Positions 40,612-48,929 of a DNA stretch of 64,000 nucleotides are shown in pieces; positions within the stretch are counted from its first letter, which is position 1; each line of letters begins with the position of its first letter. The position numbers and the translations under genes were made by a program. Below the pieces are notes generated by a model. That model was given only the letters and a program-made list of their open reading frames with translations, made no database searches and was not told the origin of the DNA. Source of the stretch: Desulfobacula sp. (GTDB lineage: Bacteria; Desulfobacterota; Desulfobacteria; Desulfobacterales; Desulfobacteraceae); contig JAIFMF010000116.1 of the NCBI GenBank assembly GCA_020048635.1, forward strand, positions 1,825 through 65,824. The letters run 5' to 3'.

Positions 40612-41511
40612 CTATAAATGTTTAAGTATTGGGTTCACAGGGGCATTGAATGACGGCAGGGACAGGATATTGTCCCAGATTTGCCGCACCTCCATACTCG
40701 CCTGTGACTGATGATTGTATTCAAAAATGGTTTGCGCCTGTATCATGGCCTCGGTAAAGGTCTGATCAAAGGAAATTCTACCCACAACCGGCATGCTGGC
40801 CTTTTGGGCAATGGCCATGATTTTTTCTGTTTGTTTCGGGTTCAGGTCGTATTTATTGATACAGACCATGGCCGGAATATTAAAATGCTTTGAAAGTTGC
40901 CCCACTCTTTCCATGTCATGGATACCGGAAACCGTAGGTTCTGAAACGATCAGAATCGCGGTTGCCTGGCCGATGGAGGCAATGACCGGGCATCCGATGC
41001 CGGGAGGGCCATCGGTCAGGATGAGATCCAGATTGTTTTTGATGGCCAGCTTTTTTGCTTCTCCCCGGATAAGGGCGACCAGCTTCCCGGAATTTTCCTG
41101 AGCAATGCCGAGCCTGGCATGGACCATGGGACCGAACCGCGTGTTGGAAATATACCACTGGCCGCAGATGGTTTCTGGAAAATCAATGGCTTTTTCAGGA
41201 CACAGATCCACACAGACCCCGCAGCCTTCGCAGTCAATGGGGTCAATTTCAAACGAATCTTTAACCGCCCCGAACCGGCAGACTTCGATACACCGGCCGC
41301 ATTGGGTGCAGAGTTCTTTGTTGATGACGGCCTCATGACCGCCTTTGAATTCAATGGTCTTTTTAAAATCAGGTTTCAGGATCAGATGAAGGTCTGCTGC
41401 ATCCACATCTGCATCACACAGGACCATGTTCTGGGCCAAAGAGGCAAAAGCCGCTGTGATGCTAGTTTTCCCGGTGCCACCTTTTCCGCTTAAAATCACC
41501 AGTTCTCTCAT
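40612..41511 (-). CDS. MinD-superfamily P-loop ATPase with inserted ferredoxin (COG1149, Orp3/Orp4-like)
   Basis: SGKGGTGKT, DADVDAADL, CTQCGRC...C, CEGCGVC..LCP, SGKLV, DGPPGIGCPV. Confidence 0.9.
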   Translation of the reverse strand: MRELVILSGKGGTGKTSITAAFASLAQNMVLCDADVDAADLHLILKPDFKKTIEFKGGHEAVINKELCTQCGRCIEVCRFGAVKDSFEIDPIDCEGCGVCVDLCPEKAIDFPETICGQWYISNTRFGPMVHARLGIAQENSGKLVALIRGEAKKLAIKNNLDLILTDGPPGIGCPVIASIGQATAILIVSEPTVSGIHDMERVGQLSKHFNIPAMVCINKYDLNPKQTEKIMAIAQKASMPVVGRISFDQTFTEAMIQAQTIFEYNHQSQASMEVRQIWDNILSLPSFNAPVNPILKHL

Positions 41512-42362
41512 TTGCCGCCTTCCTTTTTGCCAACGATCTGCGCGATCTTTTTGAACAGGTTCTGAAATTTTGTTTTGTATTCAGGCATTTTTTCTATGAT
41601 CATCTCTCCTCTGGAATAGATTTGTGCTATTTTTTTATCAAAGGGGATTTCCATGAGTACAGGAATGTTTTCTTTTTCAGCATATCGGTTCACTTCATCA
41701 TTTCCAATGCCGACCCGGTTGATGACAAGTCCGCAGGGGATGCCGAGAATTTTCACTGTTTCAACGGCCAGTTTCAGGTCATGAAGGCCGAAGGGGGTGG
41801 GTTCTGTGACCAGAAGAATAAAGTCTGCCTTATTCATGGCCGCAATAACCGGGCAGGAGGTTCCGGGCGGGGCATCGATAATGGTGATCAGATTCGGGTC
41901 TGTATAAGACCGGATCTTTTTGATGATGGGCGGCACCATGACCTGGCCGATGGAAAGCCTCCCCTGAATAAAAGCAATGCCTTTGACCGATCCATGCTCA
42001 ATGTCCCCCAGGGATCGGTCTTTTTCCATAACAGCATTCTCAGGGCAGATTTCAAAGCAGCCGCCACAGGAATGACACAGATTTTCAAAGACCAGAACGT
42101 CTTTTTTAAGTACGGCAAGAGCACCGTATCGGCAGATGTTCATGCATTTTTTGCAGAAGGTGCATTTTTCAAGATCAATTCTGGGTACCGGTGCGATAAC
42201 CGGTTCTTTTTTATGGATCACCGGGTTAAGGAAAAGATGGACATTGGGCTCTTCCACATCACAATCAAAAAGCTGGACGCAGCTTTCGATAGAAAGGGCA
42301 AGATTGGTTGCAACCGTGGTTTTCCCGGTCCCTCCTTTACCGCTGGCAATACTGATAATCAT
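41508..42362 (-). CDS. MinD-superfamily P-loop ATPase with inserted ferredoxin (second paralogue)
   Basis: SGKGGTGKTT, DCDVEEPN, CTFCKKC..IC, CHSCGGC...CP, DAPPGTSCPV, TEPTPFGLHDL. Confidence 0.9.
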   Translation of the reverse strand: MIISIASGKGGTGKTTVATNLALSIESCVQLFDCDVEEPNVHLFLNPVIHKKEPVIAPVPRIDLEKCTFCKKCMNICRYGALAVLKKDVLVFENLCHSCGGCFEICPENAVMEKDRSLGDIEHGSVKGIAFIQGRLSIGQVMVPPIIKKIRSYTDPNLITIIDAPPGTSCPVIAAMNKADFILLVTEPTPFGLHDLKLAVETVKILGIPCGLVINRVGIGNDEVNRYAEKENIPVLMEIPFDKKIAQIYSRGEMIIEKMPEYKTKFQNLFKKIAQIVGKKEGGK

Positions 42363-43189
42363 TGTTTTATGTCCCCTTTTAACGGTTTCACCTGATCCGA
42401 TATCCGGCGGATACGGGCAAGATGATCTATAAGCCTTTGGGCCTCAGCTTTTCCCGGCATTAGAGAAAATTGCATCAGAACTCCCAATCCTTCATATGCC
42501 TCATGAAATTCTTCTTTAGACAGGGTGCTTAATACCACACAGTTGAGCATGGCATTTTGGGTGATGATTTTTTCGACCAGTTTTCTGCCGGTCATATCCG
42601 GCAATTGTTCATGAAGCAGGATGAGATCAAATTTCCCCTGGGAAAGAATTGAAAGCGCTTTTTCTGCCGTATCGGTCCATTCAGTTGCGATCCCGTTTTC
42701 TGAAAATGAAACTCCAAGGGTTTTAAACACATTTTTTTCCGGGCTCACGAGAAGTATCTGGGTCATATCTGTGGTGTTCTCCTTTGGTCTTTTTTTTGTT
42801 GTATTGCCGTTTATATCCGTCAAAGCGAGATATAACGCACCCACTGCGAGTTCAGCACAATGGAAATGGTCTCCCGGAAGCGTTTCCAGAAATCGGTTCA
42901 CCTTTTCGGGTGAAATCTCCCATGCCGCTTCAATTGTTTTTCCCATGGCTAACTTTGCAACCGTATTGCAGCAGGCGGTTGTGTTCATGCAACCGTGAAC
43001 ATCAAAAGAGACCGATTGCAGAATATTGTCTTTGCAGATTAGAAAAAATTCAGCCGTATCCCCGCACTCTCCGGTCCTTTTGCCGTACCCGTCCGGATCG
43101 GCAAGCCTTTCAATTCTGTCGGTGCTGAGGGCCATCTCAATATAGTGTAGTGAATGGGTGTTGAAAAAATCAGTCTGATCCTGGTGCAT
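42359..43189 (-). CDS. IscU/NifU-N-like scaffold fused to a degenerate receiver domain
   Basis: GECGD, HGCMNTTAC, HFHCAELA; C-terminal REC fold FDLILLHEQLPDMTG with His in place of the phospho-Asp. Confidence 0.75.
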   Translation of the reverse strand: MHQDQTDFFNTHSLHYIEMALSTDRIERLADPDGYGKRTGECGDTAEFFLICKDNILQSVSFDVHGCMNTTACCNTVAKLAMGKTIEAAWEISPEKVNRFLETLPGDHFHCAELAVGALYLALTDINGNTTKKRPKENTTDMTQILLVSPEKNVFKTLGVSFSENGIATEWTDTAEKALSILSQGKFDLILLHEQLPDMTGRKLVEKIITQNAMLNCVVLSTLSKEEFHEAYEGLGVLMQFSLMPGKAEAQRLIDHLARIRRISDQVKPLKGDIKQ

Positions 43190-43230
43190 ATGTATTCCTT
43201 TTTAAAAAAACATGAACATCAATGGCATAT

Positions 43231-43246
43231 AGCAAAGGCCATGCCA
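43231..43246 (-). promoter_or_regulatory. Sigma54 (-24/-12) promoter of the orp-like operon
   Basis: Minus strand reads TGGCAT-GGCCT-TTGCT, a near-perfect TGGCAC-N5-TTGCW, 41 bp upstream of ATG 43189. Confidence 0.8.
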
Positions 43247-43342
43247 TGGATTCAGGTTTATTTTGTATTTATAAAGTAATCAATTATTTTAATATGTTAG
43301 AGTAAAAAAAGAAAATAAAATGGTTTATGGGGAATAAGTGTG

Positions 43343-43358
43343 GTCGCAGAAATGCGAC
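43343..43358. promoter_or_regulatory. Palindrome GTCGCA-GAAA-TGCGAC; candidate upstream activator site for a sigma54 enhancer-binding protein
   Basis: Perfect 6-bp inverted repeat about 100 bp upstream of the sigma54 promoter, separated from it by an AT-rich tract with an IHF-like AATCAA-TTAT-TTT (43278-43290). Confidence 0.45.
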
Positions 43359-43462
43359 AGGTGGGGAGCGGACTAGTCGAGGATCATATCCCCATCGCTT
43401 TCCATTCTGGTTGTGGATTATGTCTTGACATCTTTATTGCTATAGGATTTAAACTATCCATC

Positions 43463-43543
43463 ATGTATGGCAGAAAAACAGAGATTTCAGTGGGAATTTT
43501 TATGATTGCGGGCATTGCCTGCATCATTCTTCGGGGGAAATGA
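43463..43543 (+). pseudogene. Remnant of mlaD (N-terminal TM segment only)
   Basis: MYGRKTEISVGIFMIAGIAC resembles the MlaD N-terminus (E..VG.F...G); stop after 26 codons overlaps the mlaC start. Confidence 0.55.
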
Positions 43544-44139
43544 TGAAACGGTTTCAAATGGCCTTTCTTATTTTTTTTACGGTATCGGTTTTCTTACCGG
43601 CCGACAATTGTTTTGCATCGGCTGTTCAGGATCAATTGAAGGGCACTATTAATAAAATTATCGGAATTCTAAAGGACCCCTCTTTAAAAGGGGATGCATC
43701 CATTAAACAAAGAAGAGAAAATCTTCGTAAAGCGGTTTCTGAAAGATTCAGTTTTGAAAAAATGTCCCAGTTGTGCCTTGGTAAGCACTGGAAGGACAGG
43801 ACGGATGATGAAAAAAAAGTGTTTATCGAATTGTTTGGAAGACTTCTCGAGGAAACCTATATTTCCAAGATCGAGGGGTATACCAATGAAAAAGTCGAAT
43901 ATTTAAAAGAATCCATTACGGATAAAAAAGCTCAGGTCAATACCCGGATTATCACTGAGAAAATTGAAATTCCCATTGATTATCGGTTATACCAGGAAAA
44001 GGACGGGTCATGGATGGTCTATGATCTGATCATCGAAGGCGTCAGTCTTGTGGGAAATTACCGTTCCCAGTTTGATGAGATTCTTCAAAGGGATAATTAT
44101 AAAAAGCTCATTGATGAGCTGAAAAAGAAAATCGAATAG
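43540..44139 (+). CDS. mlaC: MlaC/Ttg2D phospholipid-binding periplasmic protein
   Basis: RFSFEKMSQLCLGKHW, F..LLEETY, IPIDYRL, W.VYDLIIEGVSLVGNYRSQF. Confidence 0.9.
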   Translation: MMKRFQMAFLIFFTVSVFLPADNCFASAVQDQLKGTINKIIGILKDPSLKGDASIKQRRENLRKAVSERFSFEKMSQLCLGKHWKDRTDDEKKVFIELFGRLLEETYISKIEGYTNEKVEYLKESITDKKAQVNTRIITEKIEIPIDYRLYQEKDGSWMVYDLIIEGVSLVGNYRSQFDEILQRDNYKKLIDELKKKIE

Positions 44140-44162
44140 GACCATCATCAATGGCGGAGACG

Positions 44163-44897
44163 TTACAGCCCTGTTATTTGTGCCAGCACAACAGATATAT
44201 TATCTTTTCCTCCACCGGCATTAGCCTCATTTATAAGATTCTCAGTCTTTGTTCGAATGTCTGAACTTGACTTCTCCAGGTGCTTTTTAATCAAGTCATC
44301 CGCTACCATATCGGTAAGACCGTCTGAGCAAAGCAGAAAAAGATCGCCAGGGAAGATAGTTCCTTTTAATATATCCAGGGCTGGATTTTTTTTAATTCCC
44401 ACTGCTCTTAAAATAACATTCTTAAATGAATGTCTGACAGCTTCTTCCTGAGTTATCAACCCTTGGGTCAACTGCTCCTGTACAAGGGAATGATCCGTGG
44501 TCAACTGCTTTAAAGTCCCCTTTCGGAGGCGGTATGTCCGGCTGTCACCCATGTGACCGAGGATAAAACAGTTGTCATGGAACGCCAGCAATTCTGCCGT
44601 GCATCCCATGCCTTCGCAGCCTGCAGTGCTTTCTGCATATTCTAAAATACGATCATTGGCAATCTGAAAAGTTTTTTGAACCCGATCAGATTCCCCATCC
44701 TCTGAATTTTGTATTATGGAAAAAATCTCCTGGGCGGTCTCGGCAAATATCCGGCTTGCAATATCGCCTGCTGCAGTCCCCCCAATACCATCGGCAACAA
44801 GGCAAAATTCCTTATCCTCATTGACCAGTATGGTGTCTTCATTTTTCTTTCTACAAAGCCCCTGGTCTGTTTTTCCAAACAAAAAGAATCTGTTCAT
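44163..44897 (-). CDS. PP2C-type Ser/Thr phosphatase (PppA/Stp1-like)
   Basis: TDQG..RKKNED, VADGIGG, GMGCT, HMGDSRTY, LTTDHS, LLCSDGL, GGKDNISV. Confidence 0.93.
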   Translation of the reverse strand: MNRFFLFGKTDQGLCRKKNEDTILVNEDKEFCLVADGIGGTAAGDIASRIFAETAQEIFSIIQNSEDGESDRVQKTFQIANDRILEYAESTAGCEGMGCTAELLAFHDNCFILGHMGDSRTYRLRKGTLKQLTTDHSLVQEQLTQGLITQEEAVRHSFKNVILRAVGIKKNPALDILKGTIFPGDLFLLCSDGLTDMVADDLIKKHLEKSSSDIRTKTENLINEANAGGGKDNISVVLAQITGL

Positions 44898-44898
44898 T

Positions 44899-46509
44899 TT
44901 ATTTGAATCTCTCCATCATGAATTCTACCAGATTGGATTCATCATATGCGATGTTCAAGCGTTTTCTGAGTTTTGTCAGATCATCATATATTTCTTTGCC
45001 GGACTTGTATCTCATGTCTTTATTTTTTTCGAGACATTTCATTACAATATCATTCAGCTCGTCCGGTATATCCGGTCTTAATTCAATAATAGGCGGGATG
45101 ATGAATTGGGGAATAGTGCTTAAGGCTTCTAATTCGTTGTTGAAATGATATAATTTTTTTCCGGAAAGTATTTCATAAAAGATGATACCCAGGGCATAAA
45201 AATCCGACTGGTGATCGGTCTCTTTCCCCAAAGCCTGCTCAGGTGAAAGATAGGATAATTTCCCCTTGATCACACCTGCCTGAGTAAAACTGGGTTCGGA
45301 CCGGGCCTTGGAAATTCCAAAATCGCTTATCTTAACCTCGCCCTTAAAGGATATCAGCATATTCTGAGGACTGATATCCCGATGAACAATATTCAACGGT
45401 TCCTGCGTGTCCTCACTTTTTTTTGTATGAGAGTAGTAAAGGCCTGCACTGATTTTCTGGATTAAAAATATTGAAAGGTCAACAGGCAGGCCTTGTTTTT
45501 CATGGGCCATGATCTCCGCAAGATTTTTTCCTTCAACATATTCCATTGCAATAAAACTTGCATTATTTATTTTGATCAAATCAAAGATTTGTACAATGTT
45601 TGGGTGTTGAAGCATTGCTGCAAGTCTAGCTTCTCGTACAAACATATCAACAAAACTCTGATTCTGGGATAGATGAGGAAGTATTTTTTTTATGGCAACG
45701 GTTCTTCTGAAACCATCTTGCCGAATGTGGTCCGCAAGGTACAATTCAGCCATTCCGCCCTGGGCAAGTTTTTTTGTCAACAGATAAGGGCCGACTTTAT
45801 TGGTTTTTTCGAATTCTTCAAGTGCTCTCGCTCTTTTTTTTCTGATCACCCTGTCGGTAACCACTAAAGCGCCCATAAAGATAATACAGTTTACTATCCA
45901 CAAACTCAAAAGCAGGGCATTGTATTTTTCAAGCGGCATATCCAGTTCCCGGGCATCCAGTCCAAAAATAAGCTTACCTATTTTTATCTGAGAAAAAACA
46001 ATGTCGCTTGTGAAGCTGATGATGATGCTTTTATGATACTCTCTTCGTTCTATTGAAAGAGTATCTGTTGTTTTTAATATTTCAACACTGTTGGAAGGCA
46101 TGTATTGATCACCAATAGCGTTCGGGTCACTATGGGCAATGATAACCCCATCATGATCCAGAATGGCAGTAAAAACCGGCTTGTTTTTTTTCCCCAGCTC
46201 TCCTATTGCAACATTTAAAGTGAGAATATCTTTTTCCAGTAAAGGGGCATTGATTTTTTCACCCATATTATTTGCAGCCTGAATTCCGTTGTTAAAAAAA
46301 TCATTCCGGTATTTTTCCTGGAAATTTCGAATAAACCCGTGGCCAGCCAAAGACAGCAGAAAAAAAGCCACCAGGTAAATCAATAGAGGGTTTTTATTTC
46401 TGCTGATGAATTCATTTTTCATCATTCTTCCTATAAAACCGGCAGGCAGTCCGGTCGCCACTTTTTTGGCCCATGTGATGGTTGTTGATACTTTTTCACC
46501 GACAGACAT
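44899..46509 (-). CDS. Membrane Ser/Thr protein kinase: TM, extracytoplasmic sensor, TM, C-terminal kinase
   Basis: LAQGGMAELY, VAIKKI, HRDISPQN, DFG, GKLSYLSPEQ, all intact. Confidence 0.92.
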   Translation of the reverse strand: MSVGEKVSTTITWAKKVATGLPAGFIGRMMKNEFISRNKNPLLIYLVAFFLLSLAGHGFIRNFQEKYRNDFFNNGIQAANNMGEKINAPLLEKDILTLNVAIGELGKKNKPVFTAILDHDGVIIAHSDPNAIGDQYMPSNSVEILKTTDTLSIERREYHKSIIISFTSDIVFSQIKIGKLIFGLDARELDMPLEKYNALLLSLWIVNCIIFMGALVVTDRVIRKKRARALEEFEKTNKVGPYLLTKKLAQGGMAELYLADHIRQDGFRRTVAIKKILPHLSQNQSFVDMFVREARLAAMLQHPNIVQIFDLIKINNASFIAMEYVEGKNLAEIMAHEKQGLPVDLSIFLIQKISAGLYYSHTKKSEDTQEPLNIVHRDISPQNMLISFKGEVKISDFGISKARSEPSFTQAGVIKGKLSYLSPEQALGKETDHQSDFYALGIIFYEILSGKKLYHFNNELEALSTIPQFIIPPIIELRPDIPDELNDIVMKCLEKNKDMRYKSGKEIYDDLTKLRKRLNIAYDESNLVEFMMERFK

Positions 46510-46542
46510 AATTGTTCTCCAATAAACAATACAATAATATTT

Positions 46543-47400
46543 TTAATCAGCCGCAATTTTATTTATTATTTTAGTGCACTGGGCGACCATAAGTCTTTTA
46601 AGCCAACTTAATTCTTCAACCTTTGATAGATCTGAGAGTAACACGGAAGGATTGACCCCGGGATACTGCTTAAGAACAGAAAATTTTTCAAGATCAGGTG
46701 TACGAAACCGGTTCTTAGAAAAATTTTCATGTTTGCCGCACAACGGGCAAAAAAATTCAGTATCCTCAGAATCAGGAGACACAGGGTTTTGGGGAGACTT
46801 GAAATTTGTCGCCAGGATTGGCCACCGGAGGCGAAAATCCTTGTAATTCGTAATTCCAAAGAAAAGAACAATGACCAGTAGACTCAGCCCTGCAAACAGG
46901 AAAAAATTGTGTTGTAATTGGCCGATATTTCCCGCAGAAAGTGATATCAAAACTTCTCCGACCTTGGTACTGGAAAAAGTTACTTCAGAAGAAAAAGTCA
47001 TTCCCCGCTGGTTATTCGGCTGGGTAACCCGCCAGTAGTGAACATCATCCAGAACGCCCGATTTCTTTCTATTGAGGGTGAAAAATTGCTCTTGATCAGT
47101 GTAGGCAATGATTTTATTTTTATGATCAATAATCGATGCAAAAACTACCTCAGGTTTTTCTGTAATCTTGTCTATGAGTCTGCTCAGACGATTTATATCT
47201 CTCTCCAAAAGAAGCAGCCCTGACTGGCTGGAAATATCTTTTGATATGGAAACCCCTGTCTTGATTAACGCCTGCCTGCGATTCCTCTCCCAGATATTGA
47301 TGAAGATATAAATAAGCAAACAGAGAACAAACCACGCAACCAGAATCAGTATGATTTTTTTTCCAGAAAGTTGAAAAGAACTTTTTTCGCTTGTCATCAT
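46543..47400 (-). CDS. Membrane protein with a Cache-like extracytoplasmic domain paralogous to the adjacent kinase, plus a cytoplasmic CxxC tail
   Basis: LLLERDINRL...VFASIIDHKNKIIAYTD...FSSEVTFSSTKVG aligns with the kinase LLEKDILTL...VFTAILDHDGVIIAHSD...FTSDIVFSQIKIG; FFCPLCG. Confidence 0.7.
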   Translation of the reverse strand: MMTSEKSSFQLSGKKIILILVAWFVLCLLIYIFINIWERNRRQALIKTGVSISKDISSQSGLLLLERDINRLSRLIDKITEKPEVVFASIIDHKNKIIAYTDQEQFFTLNRKKSGVLDDVHYWRVTQPNNQRGMTFSSEVTFSSTKVGEVLISLSAGNIGQLQHNFFLFAGLSLLVIVLFFGITNYKDFRLRWPILATNFKSPQNPVSPDSEDTEFFCPLCGKHENFSKNRFRTPDLEKFSVLKQYPGVNPSVLLSDLSKVEELSWLKRLMVAQCTKIINKIAAD

Positions 47401-47678
47401 AGAAAATTGTATCCTCCCGGAAGTGCCTGGATCATGACGCCTGAATGATAATGGCGTCGGTTTATAATCAAAATGGAAAAAATGATAAAAAATTGTCAAT
47501 GGATTTGACCTATATAAAAAAAGTCTTTATGTCAAGCTGCTTATCAAAATTTAGAATAATTTGACCAGAGAAAATAGAACAAGACTTTTTTAACAAAATA
47601 TCCTTGCATTAAAATGGGATATGATATTAAAAAAGGACATAAAACTTTTAATAAATTTTCTTTAAGGCTGTGGGAGAA

Positions 47679-48929
47679 ATGAAAATGAATAAAATACTCA
47701 CCGTAACAATTTTATTGACATTGTTGATTTCCGGATGTGTTGAAACTTCTGTAAAGCCGGAGCCCCCACCTCAAGAATTAAGTCTTACGCAGCAACACAT
47801 GATAAAAGGAGAAACTTTAGAGAGAGAAAACCGATTGCTCAACGCCCTGGAACAATATCGGCTGGCCCTTTCCCTTGATCCTGGAAATGAGCAGGCAATT
47901 CAACATGAAAAAAGGGTTTCGTCTTTGCTCTGGGAGCAAGCGCAGCCGTATTATATGAAAGGATTGGAATTAGAACGTAAAGGACAATATGAACCCGCTA
48001 AATCAGAGTATTTAAATGCCCTGCAGATCTGGCCGGAGCATGAAGAGGTAAAAAAAAGAGTAGCGCTTCTTGAGGAAAAGGGAAAAGAACCGGATTATAT
48101 AGTTCATATACTGACATCGGGTGAACTTCTTTCGAAACTTGGAAAGGTCTACTATGGAGATACGAAGAAGTATACACTTATTACAGAATTTAATTCTATT
48201 AAAGATGTTACAAGGGTCCGAGAAGGAGAAAAATTGAAAATACCGATTATCGCAGGTGTTTCTCTCCAGGATCTTAAAAAGAAACAAGAAGAGTATCTCA
48301 ATTTGAAAAAAAATGAGGCTTCGGCGGCCAAAATCAAAAAGGCCAATGATGAGATAACCGCAACGTCAGGCGAAACGGCTGCTGAGCCTGAAACGATGGT
48401 GCCATCCGCCGAAAAAGCCATAGTACCCAATAAAGATGCTGTAAAAGGGATCACTCAGGAGAATATTTTGCCATCTTCTAAGAGTGATCCCTATGTGCAG
48501 GGAATAGAGCTGTTTAACCAGAAAAAATTCTCAGCATCCATTCCCCTGTTTCTGTCGGCAGCAAAAGATAATCCAGGCAATGAAACTATCCGTGATTATC
48601 TTTTCAAGGCGCATTTTCAACAGGCATTGGTATTGTTTAATGCAGAGGACTACCTGTCGGCAAAAGACAATTTTGAATCAGCGCTCAAATATGACAAAAA
48701 ATGTGAAAAATGTTCGGATTATATTGAAAAATGTGAAACGACCTATAAGGAGAAGCACTATAATCTGGGCATCCATTATTTTGGGAAGGAGCAATTGAAA
48801 AAGGCAATTGAAGAATGGGAACTGGTGAAAAAGATTGACCCTGGTTATAAAGAGCTGGCCCCGAATATGCAAAAAGCGGAAATGCTGCTTAAAAGACTTG
48901 AAAGTATAAAAAAGAGTAAGTCTGAATGA
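47679..48929 (+). CDS. Lipoprotein with TPR repeats and a LysM domain
   Basis: Lipobox LISGC; TPRs (AL.LDPGNEQA; AI..WE.V..IDP.Y); LysM HILTSGELLSKLGKVYYGD...I.EFN.I......GEKLKIP. Confidence 0.82.
   Translation: MKMNKILTVTILLTLLISGCVETSVKPEPPPQELSLTQQHMIKGETLERENRLLNALEQYRLALSLDPGNEQAIQHEKRVSSLLWEQAQPYYMKGLELERKGQYEPAKSEYLNALQIWPEHEEVKKRVALLEEKGKEPDYIVHILTSGELLSKLGKVYYGDTKKYTLITEFNSIKDVTRVREGEKLKIPIIAGVSLQDLKKKQEEYLNLKKNEASAAKIKKANDEITATSGETAAEPETMVPSAEKAIVPNKDAVKGITQENILPSSKSDPYVQGIELFNQKKFSASIPLFLSAAKDNPGNETIRDYLFKAHFQQALVLFNAEDYLSAKDNFESALKYDKKCEKCSDYIEKCETTYKEKHYNLGIHYFGKEQLKKAIEEWELVKKIDPGYKELAPNMQKAEMLLKRLESIKKSKSE

Noticed and set aside
41622-42395. 257-aa plus-strand ORF
   Set aside because: Antisense shadow of the P-loop ATPase.
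39108-43189. Nitrogen fixation (nif) cluster suggested by the NifX and NifU domains
   Set aside because: No nifHDK or nifEN; the composition matches orange-protein clusters.
43343-43396. c-di-GMP riboswitch or other ncRNA suggested by the GAAA-loop hairpin
   Set aside because: Conserved GEMM elements (GCAAAC, GACGCAAAGC) are absent; the position fits a DNA enhancer better.
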